Shown: positions 1-11,905 of the stretch, piece after piece
How positions within the stretch are numbered: the first letter of the stretch is position 1
How the letters are laid out: each line of letters opens with the position of its first letter
Assembly (NCBI GenBank): GCA_038087875.1
Contig: CM075998.1
Coordinates: 4,776,001 to 4,840,000, forward strand
Direction: 5' to 3'
DNA length: 64,000 bases
Origin: Malacoraja senta
Lineage: Eukaryota
The notes under the pieces: model-generated
Seen by the model: only the letters and a program-made list of their open reading frames with translations
What the model was told of the DNA's origin: nothing
Databases searched by the model: none
Program-made: the position numbers and the translations under genes

Positions 1-400
1 GGGAAGGCCCCGCTCCTTCAACATCTGCAGTGAGATGCTGCAGATGTTCTACCAATCGGTGGTGGCCAGTGCCATCTTCTTCGCTGCCGTGTGCTGGCCG
101 GGGCAGCAGGGCGAAGGTCGCGGACGCCAACAGGATCAACAAACTCATCAGGAAGCCGTCTCCATCCTGGGGGCGGAGTTGGGAGTTGGATTCACGGGAG
201 GTTGGTCTCGGAGGGGAGGATGCTCCTCAAATTGCGGAGCATCCTGGACAATACAGCTCCTCACCCCCTCCTTGACATCACTGGTCAACCTGAGGAGCAC
301 CTTCAGCAACAGACTGGTTCCACCAAGATGCAGCACAGAACGCCACAGGAGATCCTTCTTCCCTGTGGCTATCAAAGTGTACAACTCCTCCACCTTCTGT
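1..400 (+). mobile_element. Rex1/Babar-clade LINE, 3' RT-ORF fragment (frameshifted)
   Basis: Peptides MLQMFYQSVVASAIFFAAVCW, ILDNTAPHPL and STERHRRSFFPVAIKVYNS match the C-terminal region of Rex1/Babar ORFs. Confidence 0.75.
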
Positions 401-561
401 CGTGGGGGTAGACTGAGACTGAATCCCCTGCCCCTCCCCAATCTTTACACATCCCCCTCTACACTGGGGACCTGGGGTGGAGGGGATTGCACCGAGGAGT
501 CCCCTGCAACCTGTTCACAGACTCGCCAGCCGCCTGCCACTGTTGCGGGCTGGAAGAGTCT

Positions 562-792
562 AGGGCCTGTCCCACTTTCACGACCTAATCCACGACCTCT
601 GCCGAGTTTGCCCTTGACTCATACTCGCGGTATGGTCGTCACGAGGTCGTAGGTAGGTCGTATGTAGGCCGTGATGCTAGTCGTAGGTACTCGTGGCATC
701 AAGTAGGTCGGGGCATTTTTTCTAGCCTGATGAAAAATGTCCACGAGTAAAAAAAGGTCGTGAATTAGGTCGTGAAAGTGGGACAGGGCCCT
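562..792. mobile_element. MITE, PIF/Harbinger-like
   Basis: TIRs AGGGCCTGTCCCACTTTCACGACCTAAT ... ATTAGGTCGTGAAAGTGGGACAGGGCCCT; non-coding; same TIR core as other MITEs in the window that have TAA/TTA TSDs. Confidence 0.8.
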
Positions 793-1270
793 TCTGTGTT
801 CCACGTGTACATGGAGTGTGTGAGGCTGCAGCCACTGTTTGAATACCTAAAGGGGCTGCTCCTTGCCTTCTGGCTGCACCCCACACCCACCACCCCCATC
901 TTTGGACACCCTGTGCGTAGGGGAGAGGGGAGGGCCGAGGATGTCCTGGTTGGGTTGCTCCTGGGCCTGGCCAAGCTGGCCATCCACGAGTCACGGCGTC
1001 AGGCGGAAGGGGGCTTTACCCGAGCCGGCTGCTCGCCCCTTTTCCGGGGTTACGTCTGCGCCCGGGTGGTGTTAGAGAGGGAACACTCGCTGTCCACGGG
1101 CACCCTGGGGGATTTCCGGGACCGCTGGGCACCGCGGGGGGGGTGGAGTGTATCCTGGACAAGGATTGTAACATAGTTGTATAGTAGTTCATTTAGTACA
1201 TTAGTTTGTATTGTATTATGGTGGTGGGTTCTGGCTTGTATTTATTGTATTGTAAATATTATTGTCAATA
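793..1270 (+). mobile_element. Tx1/L1-clade LINE 3' fragment
   Basis: FHVYMECVRLQPLF...LLLGLAKLAIHESR...FRDRW resembles a Tx1-type ORF2 C-terminus; a related copy lies on the minus strand at ~60725-61005. Confidence 0.7.
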
Positions 1271-1659
1271 ACTGGTAACCAGAGACCCAGGTTCGATCCT
1301 GATTACGGGTGCTGTCTGTGCGGAGTTTGTACGTTCTCCCCGTGACCTGCGTGGGTTTTCTCCGGGTGCTCCATGTGTGTGCAAGGGTTCACTGGTCGGT
1401 GCGGACTCGGTGGGCTGAAGGGCCTGTTTCTCCCATGTATCTCTGAACTGAACACAACCAGTAACTTACTGGAACACCCGTGACAGCCTACACAATACCC
1501 ACCTGATCAAAAAATATACTTCTAGTGATTTCGGGACAGGTACGTTGAAAAATCACCAACACTCCTTGTCACAAGTGGTCGGAGCAGAATTGGGGCCATT
1601 CGGCCCATCGAGTTTACTCTGCCGAAGATAGACACAAAAAGCTGGAGTAACTCAGCGGG

Positions 1660-2017
1660 ACTGGCAGCATCATCAAGGACCCACACCATCCTGGCCACAA
1701 CTCATCTCCCGCTACCTTCAGGTAGAAGGTACAGGAGCCTGAAGACTGCAACGACCAGGTTCAGGAATAGCTTCTTCCCCACAGCCATCAGGCTATTAAA
1801 CTTGGCTCGGACAAAACTCTGAACATTAATAGCCCATTATCTGTTATTTGCACTTGATCAGTTTATTTATTCATGTGTGTATATATGTATATAATGGTAT
1901 ATGGACACACTGATCTGTTTTGTAGTCAATGCCTACTATGTTCAGTTGTGCTGAAGCAAAGCAAGAATTTCATTGTCCTATGAGGGACACATGACAATAA
2001 ACTCACTTGAACTTGAA
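1660..2017 (+). mobile_element. Rex1/Babar LINE 3' end
   Basis: IIKDPHHPGH..LPSGRRYRSL..FRNSFFP coding remnant, then 3' UTR with ACAATAAA and an (ACTTGA)-type tail. Confidence 0.75.
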
Positions 2018-2027
2018 TGGAATGGGT

Positions 2028-2055
2028 GACGTTTCGGGTCGAGACCCTTCTTCAG
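2028..2055 (-). ncRNA. Minimal hammerhead ribozyme motif (Penelope-associated)
   Basis: Minus strand reads CTGAAGA-a-GGGT(CTCG)ACCC-GAAAC-GTC: CUGANGA core, stem II, GAAA and a GUC triplet; stem I is very short. Confidence 0.7.
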
Positions 2056-2536
2056 ACTGAGAGTCAGGGGAGAGGGAGACACAGAGATAAGGATGGGCAA
2101 GGCGTGAAAATGAGACATCAATAGAGATGGTGCTCAAGGAAAAATTCAGAATAGATCATTGTTAACGAGGAGAAGGTGACAGGTGACAGATAGAGGAGAA
2201 GGAGAAGATAAACCGGCATCCGCAGTTCCTTCGTACACATCGAGCCGACTCCGCCATTCGATCATGGCTGATCTATCTCTCCCTCTCAACCCCATTCTCC
2301 TGCCTTCTCCCCATAACCCCGGACACCCGTACCAATCAAATTATGAATGGAAGAGGTAAGGTTTCAAAGGCTTTCAAATCTAGTTTAGTTCACACGTAGA
2401 GCGCGGAAACGGGCCCTTCGGCCCACCGGGTCCGCGCCCACCAGCGGTCCCCGTTGCACGAACACTATCCGACACACACCAGGGTCAATTCGCAATCATC
2501 ACCAAAGCCAATTCGCCGACAATCAACTAATCACTA

Positions 2537-2810
2537 AGAAGGAACTGCAGATGCTGGAAAAATCGAAGGTAGAGAAAAGTGCTGGAGAAACTCAGCGGAT
2601 GAGGCAGCATCTATGGAGCGAAGGAAATAGGCAACGTTTCGGGACGAAACCCTTCCGGGTTTCGGCCCGAAACGTTGCCTATTTCCTTCTGGGTTTCATC
2701 CCGAAACGTTGCCTATTTCCTTCTGGGTTTCGTCCCGAAACGTTGCCTATTTCCTTCGCTCCATAGATGCTGCTGCACCCGCTGAGTTTCTCCAGCACTT
2801 TTGTCTACCT
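2537..2810. mobile_element. Penelope-derived foldback (inverted terminal-repeat fragments)
   Basis: The arm ...GCTGGAGAAACTCAGCGG...GGCAACGTTTCGGG is mirrored after ~2650; the pivot lies at ribozyme stem II. Confidence 0.7.
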
Positions 2811-3467
2811 AGTGTAGATGGGACATGTTGGGCCGGTGTGGGCGAGTTGGGCCGAAGGGCCCGTTTCCACACTGCATCCCGAAACGTCGCCTATTCCTTC
2901 GCTCCATAGATGCTGCCTCACCCGCTGAGTTTCTCCAGCAACTATGTCTACCATCAACTAATCAAGAATCCTCCCATTGACTTGGCCTCCACAGCCGTCT
3001 GTGGCAATGAATTCCACAGATTCACCACCCTCTGGCTAAAGAAATTCCTCCTCGTCTTGTCACGGAGCTAGGTGGATAGGTGGGGGAGGGGGGGGGATGT
3101 TTAAGGCCGGCTCATGTATCAGTGAGGACAAATTGGCTCAAGTAACAAAAAGCTGATTGAACAAGTCTCTGCTTCCTGGGAAATTAGTTGTCCAGCTGGT
3201 GAAGAGAAAGGAAATAAAACAAAAAACCGGTCTCACCAACAGATGCGATGGAGATCCCTCCATTGTGCACACAGCGGCGAAAGATCTTGTGATCACGTGG
3301 ATCTCTTTGTGGTGAGTGGTGCAGGCTTCATGCCAGAACTATTCTTGGTCAATTGCATTAGTGTTTGACCCAGCTTGTCAAAGACGGAGCAGCATTTCCA
3401 AATAAATCTGCATCTCTGGTACTTTGCCTTGTTGCAATATTTTCTCAGGAGACGGGGGAGGCCTTTA

Positions 3468-4090
3468 AGTTTCAAGTCAAGTCAAGTCAGTTTTATTCCT
3501 CACTTGCACATAACGTGCAAGTGAAATGAATTTGCCAGCAGCGGTACAATAATAAAGAACACACAATACACAATAAAACTTTAACACAAGCGTTCATCAC
3601 TGTGGTGGAAGGCACAGAATTTGGTCAGTCCCCCTCCGTTTTCCCCCGTGGTCGGGACCGCAACCCTCCGCTGCGGGCGGCCAGATGTGCAGACAAGTCC
3701 AGGTAAGTCCTGAATCGGTGCCTCCCCACCGGAGACCGCGGCTTCAAGATGGTGTAGGCCACAGGCTGGCGGTCGAAGATCTGAAGTCCCCGCCGCGCCA
3801 CAGCCAGAAGCACCGCAGACCGCAGGGACGGAGGTCGGAGCTCCTCTCCAGGGATCCCCGGCGAGGGATCCCGCTCCGGATGGCGAGTCCCCGCCGCGCC
3901 CGCGGTTAGAAGTAGGCCGCGGGGTGGTGGTTGGAGCTCTTCTCCTCCGGGTCCCCCAACGAGGGATCCCAGGCTCCGGACGCCACGCCAGCTGGAGCTC
4001 CACAGACTGCGGCTTCAGGCTGCCGCGGGCCAGCGAACGGAGCGCTCCCCTCCGGCTACCCCCGGCAAGGGCTCGCCCGCTCTGCTCCAG
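3468..4090 (-). mobile_element. GC-rich non-autonomous retroposon with Rex1-like 3' tail
   Basis: Minus-strand AATAAA and (CTTGA)n tail with a CpG-rich body; same architecture as 32680-33445 and 37263-38118. Confidence 0.55.
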
Positions 4091-4184
4091 ATGAAGGGGG
4101 AAGATCTAATGGGAATCCGAAGGGTAACGTTTTCCGCGTAGAGGGTGGTGGGTGTATGGAACGAGCTGCCAGAGGAGGTAGTTG

Positions 4185-4520
4185 AGTTTAGCTTGGTTTA
4201 GAGATACAGCGTGGAAAAACAGGCCCTTCAGCCCACCGCCTCCGCGCCGACCAGCGATCTCCGCACACGGACGCTGTCCTACACACACACACACACACAC
4301 GGGACAATTTACAATCACACCAAGTGTGCAAACCCAAGCCCGTTATTCCGACAAACCTGTACGCCTTTGGAGTGTGGGAAAAAACCGAAGATCTCAGAGA
4401 AAACCCACGCAGGTCACGGGGAGAACGTGCAAACTCCGCACCCGTAGTCGGAATCTAACCCAGTTCTATGGCATTAAGTGGGGTAAGGCAGTAGCTCTAC
4501 TGCTGCGCCACCGTGTCACA
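4185..4520 (-). mobile_element. HE1-like tRNA-derived V-SINE
   Basis: A-box GGTGGCGCAGCAGTAG head, V-domain TTCTCCCCGTGACCTGCGTGGGTTTTCTC, CR1-like tail. Confidence 0.85.
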
Positions 4521-4566
4521 CCGTAAGGCAGGGACTTTCCCAACGTTTCGGAAACAGTTAGACAGG

Positions 4567-5975
4567 TGTAAATAGCTCGTTCTAAGCTCCCCCCCAGTCT
4601 ACTTTCTGTCAATAAAATACTGAATCAAGCACTTGAGCAACTAAACTTTATTTTGGATAACACAACAACAGTTTCCCTGTACAATACCTATCCACCGCAG
4701 GTTCGATCCTTGTATCTGCTTGGCCAAGCCCTTCCAGCCTCGTGCAAGCAGAGACACTCCAAAAGGTCACGCAGTTTCAAGCGTTCTTCCAGAAGATCGA
4801 CCAAGGACCTTGTGGGAGCTGCCTTTTATAGGTCCCCGAACCTCGAGGGGCCGAACTCTGTACAGTCCAATAACACATCGATTACAACAATACATGAGTG
4901 GCAGTTCCCTAACCCAATAACACAGTAACTAATACATTACCCAAACTCGATACCACAGCCACATTTGCTAATGCCCTCCAACTAATACATTGTATTTGAA
5001 AGGAGCTTCTAGAAGGAAGCCAACATAGATGAATAATGCAACATGTGCCTTGGGATTCAGATAACCCAGGCAAGACTTAACATTTCAACCAATCAACAAC
5101 TAACACAGTAAAGCTTTGCAACATTATTTACACTATGTATACCTGGTTTGCATTGACCCAATCAGTTCCATGCATTTTACACCTCATTGTCAGACTTCAG
5201 CAGATGTCCCATTCTTTCTCTGCAGCTCTTATTTGGGCCACAGACAAACTGGCACCATTCAGCAGCTTGTCTCAGTTCTACAAAGGCACATTTAACTTGA
5301 CCAAAGTGGCCTAGCAGCACATAAGTACTTATGCCCCTGTCCCACTTAGGAAACTGAACGTAAACCTCTGGAGACTTTGCGCCCCACCCAAGGTTTCCGT
5401 GCGGTTCCCGGAGGTTTTTGTCAGTCTCCCTAATGGTCGAAAGTGGTTTCCGCTTCTTCTATGTTCCGGCGATTATTTCAAAAAATTCTAAACCGGCCGC
5501 GACTAAAAATAGGTTGCCGTTTTAAAAATCGGTACTTTTTTAGTCGAAGCCGGTTGCGATGCTAGTTGAAGGTGGTTGCCGGAGGTTGCAGGTAGTGGAA
5601 GGTAAGACCTTTTTTTTCACCCAGTTTTATTCCACCAGGGAGGTCTTACCTTCCACTACCTGCAACCTCCGGCAACCACCTTCAACTAGCATCGCAACCG
5701 GCTTCAACTAAAAAATTACAGATTTTTAAAACGGCAACCTATTTTTAGTCGCGGCCGGTTTCGAATTTTTAAAAATAATCGGCGGAACATAGAAGCGGAA
5801 ACCACTTTCGACCATTAAGGAGACTGACAAAAACCTCCGGGAACCTCCGGGAACCTCACGGAAACCTTGGGTGGGGCGCAAAGTCTCCAGGGGTTTCCGT
5901 TCAGGTTTCCTATGTGGGACAGGGGCATTACTCAATTTTAATGCCATGGCTGCTCCAATTTAGCCAGGATTAACA
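4567..5975 (-). repeat. ERV 3' LTR (interrupted by a MITE)
   Basis: Homologous to ~10960-11564; minus-strand TATAAAA at ~4824-4830 and AATAAA at ~4647-4652; PPT immediately internal. Confidence 0.85.
5332..5927. mobile_element. Foldback MITE, PIF/Harbinger-like
   Basis: TTA TSD on both sides; TIR TGCCCCTGTCCCAC; ~280-bp near-perfect arms around a ~30-nt spacer (5611-5640). Confidence 0.9.
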
Positions 5976-6439
5976 TTCCTTCCTTTTTATCATATATGAT
6001 AAACCATCGTCTATGATAATCAAATATACATGGGTGACTATTACATTATCGATCATATCAACAACAACAAAATGATGATGTTTCTTCCCAGAATCTCATC
6101 AAGCTTCCTCTGTTTTCGTGGGCATAGCGACATGATTTCCGTCTGATGAGTCTTCACCTCCCGAGTTTTCGTGGGCGCGAATCCCCTCCATCCGTGTTGT
6201 TGATCCTTCCATACTCGATCCGCAGTTGAACCTATCATTTCTAAGAGAACTTGGGATGAAGTAAGTTACCATCCATGCACTGATGCTTTCCCATACATTC
6301 ATCCACTATACCATTACTATTCTATCAGTCACAAGCCCTTTTCTTATTTACTATCACTATTCTATAATATAATCTTTCCTATCCTAGGATCAACACTAGT
6401 CAGCCCTCTCCGTATTCACACGATGTTCTTCAATGTATA

Positions 6440-6850
6440 TCTGATGATGGCTTCTCATATAATTTCAGCTGGGTTCAGTCCAGATTTCCCTACAGGCGTG
6501 ACTCTTATTCAAGGCAAACCATTGATAATGCTTCAATTCAACCAAATTCAGTCTCAGCCTTCAATTTAATACTTTGAGATTTTAGGGTCCATCTCACCCT
6601 CTGCATTCCACAGCTTGTGGTCGATAACACAATTCAATCCAATTTCTGTGGAATTCCCAGCTGTTCAAATGTAATCAATTAATTTCCATATGTTGTAAAT
6701 GATTATAAAGTCAATTAAGAATGCCGAATCTAGGGACAATTTCTTTACAGCTTGATAATAGGAGCCACTTTACTATCAAGGGTTATACAATTTTTAATTT
6801 ACTGGTCAAATACATCGACTCTGACGTAAGTACCCATTCCCCTAGTACTC
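6440..6850 (-). pseudogene. Degenerate retroviral integrase
   Basis: Manual minus-strand translation gives KEIVPRFGI, LGIPQKL..YRPQ, TLKSQ, KLKAET and IRVTPVGKSGLNPAEII with stops and frameshifts; these resemble class I retroviral integrase motifs. Confidence 0.75.
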
Positions 6851-7369
6851 CTTCAAATTCAATGCCACTTCTCCAGTAACTCTTTCTAGGCGGTTAACTT
6901 TGGTTTCTCAAGGGGGAGTTCTGCTATTCACATTTCCTCTTTCTTACTGTTTCGATGCCACCTCTCACGTTCCCTGGATATTCCTTCATTTTACTAGATC
7001 TTTCCAAGTTCCATCCTTCCCTGAAGTTCTTTGAATAATCCTTCCCATCTTTGGCTACCTGTCTGGGGGCGAGACAATAACAATACCAAGTTAATAATCA
7101 GATTATAAGTACTCCTAAGCCAGATCTCATAAGTCAGTTCCAAATCTCAAACTTTAAAGTCCTTCCAATTCATCACCATACAATTTGGAGATCGAATTCA
7201 GAATTTTGTCAATTATTTCTAATGACTAGAATTTAGGTGCAAAGTAAGTATCCCATTCCCGAACCACAGAGGAGTACTTAATTTCAAATTTCCAAATGTA
7301 ATTTGTTCTAATCAGTGCTTGCCTCAAAGGTCTTCAGAGGCTGTTTGCATTTCTTCAGAGAGTTTCAGA

Positions 7370-7755
7370 TGTTGTTCACTGCAAGGGCCAGGAAGCGAGC
7401 GGGCAAGATCAGCTCTGACCCCTCTCACCCTGGCCACAAACTCTTTGAATCACTTCCCTCTGGAAGGCGACTCCGGACTGTCAAAGCTGCCACAGCCAGA
7501 CATAAAAACAGCTTTTATCCATGAGTAGTTGCTCTACTCAACAGCCAAAAATCTGTAGCCTCCCTTTGATCTGGTATTTTGTTGGTTCACATGCTTGATC
7601 TATGGTGCTTTATCATTAATGTTTTATTATTATTAATGTTTAGTGTTTTCTGAGTCATTCGTAACTGTCACTATATGTCATGTTGATACTTGTGGGCGGA
7701 GCACCAAGGCAAATTCCTTGTATGTGAATACTTGGCCAATAAACTTACTTACTTC
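7370..7755 (+). mobile_element. Rex1/Babar LINE 3' end inserted in the ERV
   Basis: SDPSHPGHKLFESLPSGRRLRTVKAATARHKNSFYP, then AATAAA and (ACTT)n; same family at ~41355-41780 (-) and ~62570-62915 (-). Confidence 0.8.
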
Positions 7756-8295
7756 TCTTCTTTTCCCTTCACTGGTGTCAAATGTTATGGTATGTTAAAG
7801 TTGGGCACTAGGGTAGGTGTCTTCTTCTTTCTTCCTGACGTGTAATTCCCAAGGAGTAGGAATACCGAAGAGCAGCCTTTTTGTTTGTTGGCCTTCCCCA
7901 GATGGTTTGTTAAAAGGACAGGACAGTCCCACTTCCTCCTTGTCGTTTGTCCTTATCTCTGGGGAGCTACCTGGATGGAGATGTCAACTACACATCCTAC
8001 CCGAGCTGTATCTTCTGCCCGTTCTTGAGGGTCCACATATTCTTGACCTCACTCCCCAGATAGTGCACATGTTGTAGGTGACACTGTCTTGCAGGCACAA
8101 GTACTTCGCAACAAGTTATTACAATGGCTCCTATCCCTACTCCTATCCCACCTGCGTGACAAATTCATTTCTCCTTTTCCCTAGTGCCAGTTTTAGTTCC
8201 CTTCAGTTCCTTCTTTCTTGACACCAGCGACTTTGTCTCTATTTTCACATTCCTCTCTTAGTGAAGTTTCTCAATCCCAATCTGCTTCTTTGTAA

Positions 8296-8628
8296 TAGCC
8301 CTGTCCCATGGTACGAGTTCATTCCAAGAGCTCTCCCGAGTTTAAAAAAAATCAAACTCGTGGTAAGCACGGAGAATGAACGTAGCGGGTACGTCGGAGC
8401 TCGGGGACGTCACTTAGCGGCTCGTAACGCTAACGGCAGGTACTCGGGAAGACTCGCTAACGGCAAGTAAGCACGGGAAGACTTGTGAAGATTTTTCAAC
8501 ATGTTGAAAAATGTCCACGAGAGCCCCGAGTACCGACGAGCGGCCATTACCGTAAATCTCCGAGTTTGAATCAGGGCAAACTCGGGGAGAGAGCTCTTGG
8601 GATGAACTCGTACCGTGGGACAGGGGTT
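8296..8628. mobile_element. MITE, PIF/Harbinger-like
   Basis: TAA TSD; ~40-bp TIR CCCTGTCCCAYGGTACGAGTTCATYCCAAGAGCTCTC. Confidence 0.85.
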
Positions 8629-9259
8629 TAACTCTCTTCCTGGGATTCGAAAGGGGCGGTGTTCTTTAATTTTTATTTTCCTAGGGCTGTTTTAATATCA
8701 TGAGGATACCCTCAGATTTCATCTTTTAGGCTGTGAGGCATGGGTCATCTTACTTTGTCCACATTCTGGACTAGCTGGCAGATCAGGGCTACCGGAATGG
8801 ATTCGGCTGCCAGAACAATGCTTGGTTCCTTGCCCCCTGATCCTCCAGCCAGTGTTCTCTTCCTCTATCTTCAGGGTCCCAAGTGTCCCTATAACCTCTA
8901 GGGATCCACTGACTTCTTTGATCCCCTTCCTCCTCTATATTCCCTCATAGGGCAAGCTCTGCTCCAGTGTCCTGTTTCTCTGCAAATGTAGCATTGGTCA
9001 GGCCTCACAGTTCTATAGCCTCTCCAATTAAATTGAGGGAAAGTAGGCTCTCAAAATTCTTCCTCTTCCTTTGATGTTACTTCCAGTTTTTGAACTAGTC
9101 TCTGGAAGGATTTAGTTGTTGTCGAACCAAGTTGCACTGGAGCGGGGATGTCTGTAGCCCGGGATACACTGCACCTACTGCAGTATCTAATTCTATAGGC
9201 GGAGTAGGCAGCTTCCTACTAGGGAATTGCCTACTCCCCGTTCGCCTCCATTTCCATGA

Positions 9260-10070
9260 TAGACAATAGACAATAGGTGCAGGAGTTGGCCATTCGGCCC
9301 TTCGAGCCAGCACCGCCATTCAATGTGATCATGGCTGATCATCCCCAATCAGTACCCCGTTCCTGCCTTGTCCCCATAACCCCTGACTCCGCTATCTTTA
9401 AGAGCCCTATCTAGCTCTCTCTTGAAAGCATCCAGAGAACCTGCCTCCACCGCCCTTTGAGGCAGAGAATTCCACAAACTCACCACTCTGTGAGAAAAAG
9501 TGTTTCCTCGTCTCCGTTCTAAATGGCTTACTCCTTATTCTTAAACTGTGGCCCCTGGTTCTGGACCCCCCCCCCCAACATCGGGAACATGTTTCCTGCC
9601 TCTAACATGTCCAAACCCTTAACAATCTTATATGTTTCAATGAGATCTCCTCTCATCCTTCTAAACTCCAGAGTGCACAAGCCCAGCCGCTCCATTCCCT
9701 CAGCATATGACAGTCCCGCCATCCCGGGAATTAACCTTGTAAACCTACGCTGCACTCCCTCAATAGCAAGAATGTCCTTCCTCAAATTAGGGGACCAAAA
9801 CTGCACACAATACTCCAGGTGTGGTCTCACTAGGGCTCGGTACAACTGCAGAAGGACCTCTTTGCTCCTACATTCGATTCCTCTTGTTATAAAGGCCAAC
9901 ATGCCATTCGCTTTCTTCACTGCCTGCTGAACTTGCATGCTTACTTTCATAGACTGATGTACAAGGACCCGCAGATCCCGTTGTACTTCCCCTTTTCCCA
10001 ACTTGACGCCATTTAGATAGTAATCTGCCTTCCTGTTTTTGCTACCAAAATGGATAACCTCACATTTATC
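9260..10070 (-). mobile_element. CR1 LINE 3' fragment
   Basis: ORF 9528-10001 ([19 protein letters not shown]) is homologous to the CR1 ORF2 C-terminus; (CTATTGT)n tail. Confidence 0.9.
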
Positions 10071-10959
10071 GGTAATTTGTTCTGATCTTATAACTTTTGC
10101 GAAATCAGGATCAGCTATTTCACAGCCCCCTACTGTCTCACCCTCAGAACCTTCTTTCTAGCTCCCTGATCCTCCGCACTATCAGGTGAAGCAATCGTCG
10201 GAGCCATAGAGTCCTCTCTCGATTTCCCTGCTATGGATTTAAATTCAGTGGGTGGAGTCGAAGATGCTGCTGACTCCGTCCGAGCACCCTGCTCACAGGC
10301 TGTGCAAGGTGTTTTAGAACTAGGAACATGAGAGGGCTGAGAGGTATGCTGTGACTGTTCCAAAAAAGTCTGCCCATCCTTTTAAATATTGGGCTTCTCT
10401 CCCCTTGAGATCCACGCTAACCGCTGCACTTTTACTGAATTTGATCTTGGTCCGAGTCACTGAGCCGGTGAGCCCGGTGCCTTTACAAGAGTCCACCTCC
10501 GTCTTTTCAGGGTTGCAAAAACTCACACAGGCGTGGCCTCTAACCAACCTAGGCTCACCCCGTCAAAAGGGCCTATTCCTTCTCACCTGCTTGGCACCAG
10601 GTGTCAGCGCCTAACCTCTTCGCGCTGGCAGTCGATGCCGATTGTCGGAACGCACCTTTTCAATCAGCGCTCACAGCAACGACAGGTCAAATGCTTCACC
10701 GCTTAGCACGTAAACCAGACTTGTTTTTCAATATCCCGTCAATCGGATAGCAATTCTGGGTAGGGCTTATAACCCAAATCTGAATTTGTGGTTTTCGCCA
10801 GCAGCTGCAGCTACCAACTACGACCAAGTTTTGTGCCTCTAACCCAGGAAAGGGCCTCTAACCCAACCCCAGCAGGGCCTCTAACCCCACCCTGGTTTTA
10901 TGGGCCTCTAACCCAAAGGAGCGCTATCACCCCCCCCCCCCCCCCCCCGTGCTTGCTAG

Positions 10960-11564
10960 ATAACACATATCGATTACAACAGTACATGAGTGGCAGTTCC
11001 CTAACCCAATAACACAGTAACTAATACATTGTATTCGAAAGGAGCTTCTAGAAGGAAGCCAACATAAATGAATAATGCAACATGTGCCTTGGGATTCAGA
11101 TAACCAGTCAAGACTTAACATTTCAACCAATCAACAACTATCACAGTAAAGCTTTGCAATATTATTTACACTATGTATACCTGGTTTGCATTGACCCAAT
11201 CAGTTCCATGCATTTTACACCTCATTGTCCGATTTCTGCAGATGTCCCACTCTTTCTCTGCAGCTCTTATCTGGGCCACAGACAAACTGGCACCTTTCAG
11301 CAGCTTGTCTCAGTTCTGCAAAGGCACATTTAACTTGACCAAAATGGCCTAGCAGCATATAAGCCCTTACTCGGGGTGGGAGATTGCAACCTTCACGTGG
11401 TCCGCCTTGTTTCGATGAATGCAATCAACCTGGCGTGCACAATCAAGTAAGATCAAATAGAACAAGTTGTCCTTCAACTTTAGGCTGTGCATGCCATACG
11501 CAAGAAGAAGAAGCCCTTACTCAATTTTAATGCCATGTCTGCTCCAATTTAGCCAGGGTTAACA
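10960..11564 (-). repeat. ERV 5' LTR (partial; R/U5 and PBS apparently deleted)
   Basis: Direct repeat of ~4871-5975 without the MITE; no counterpart of 4567-4870. Confidence 0.8.
11373..11510 (+). mobile_element. Short LINE 3' end with (AAG)n tail (RTE-like)
   Basis: 12-bp TSD AAGCCCTTACTC (11361-11372 and 11511-11522); ends CCATACGCAAGAAGAAG. Confidence 0.7.
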
Positions 11565-11755
11565 CAGGTACATGGATAGGACAGGTTTATAGAGGGATAT
11601 GGACCAAACGCAGGCAGGTGTGGGCAAGTTGGGCCTGTTTCCACGCTGTATCACTCTGTGACTCTATGAAAGTCGATGTGTTTGAATGCACCATGTTTGT
11701 GCCGTTGTCTCTTGTATGTGCGCAGATGCGTGAAAGGGCTGATGCATGCACATGT

Positions 11756-11865
<110 letters not shown>

Positions 11866-11905
11866 TTATGTACGCGGACATAAATGTTACATTTTATGAA
11901 CCAAA

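Larger units (their letters stand above)
4567..11564 (-). mobile_element. Class I (gamma/epsilon-like) endogenous retrovirus, internally deleted and decayed
   Basis: TG...CA termini; 4-bp TSD CAGG (4563-4566 and 11565-11568) splitting a CR1 fragment; direct terminal repeats; polypurine tract AAAAAGGAAGGAA on the minus strand adjacent to 5975; integrase remnants. Confidence 0.85.

Noticed and set aside
7140..8200. Possible ERV protease or gag zinc-knuckle remnants
   Set aside because: Only vague motif resemblance by eye; needs a frameshift-aware HMM search.
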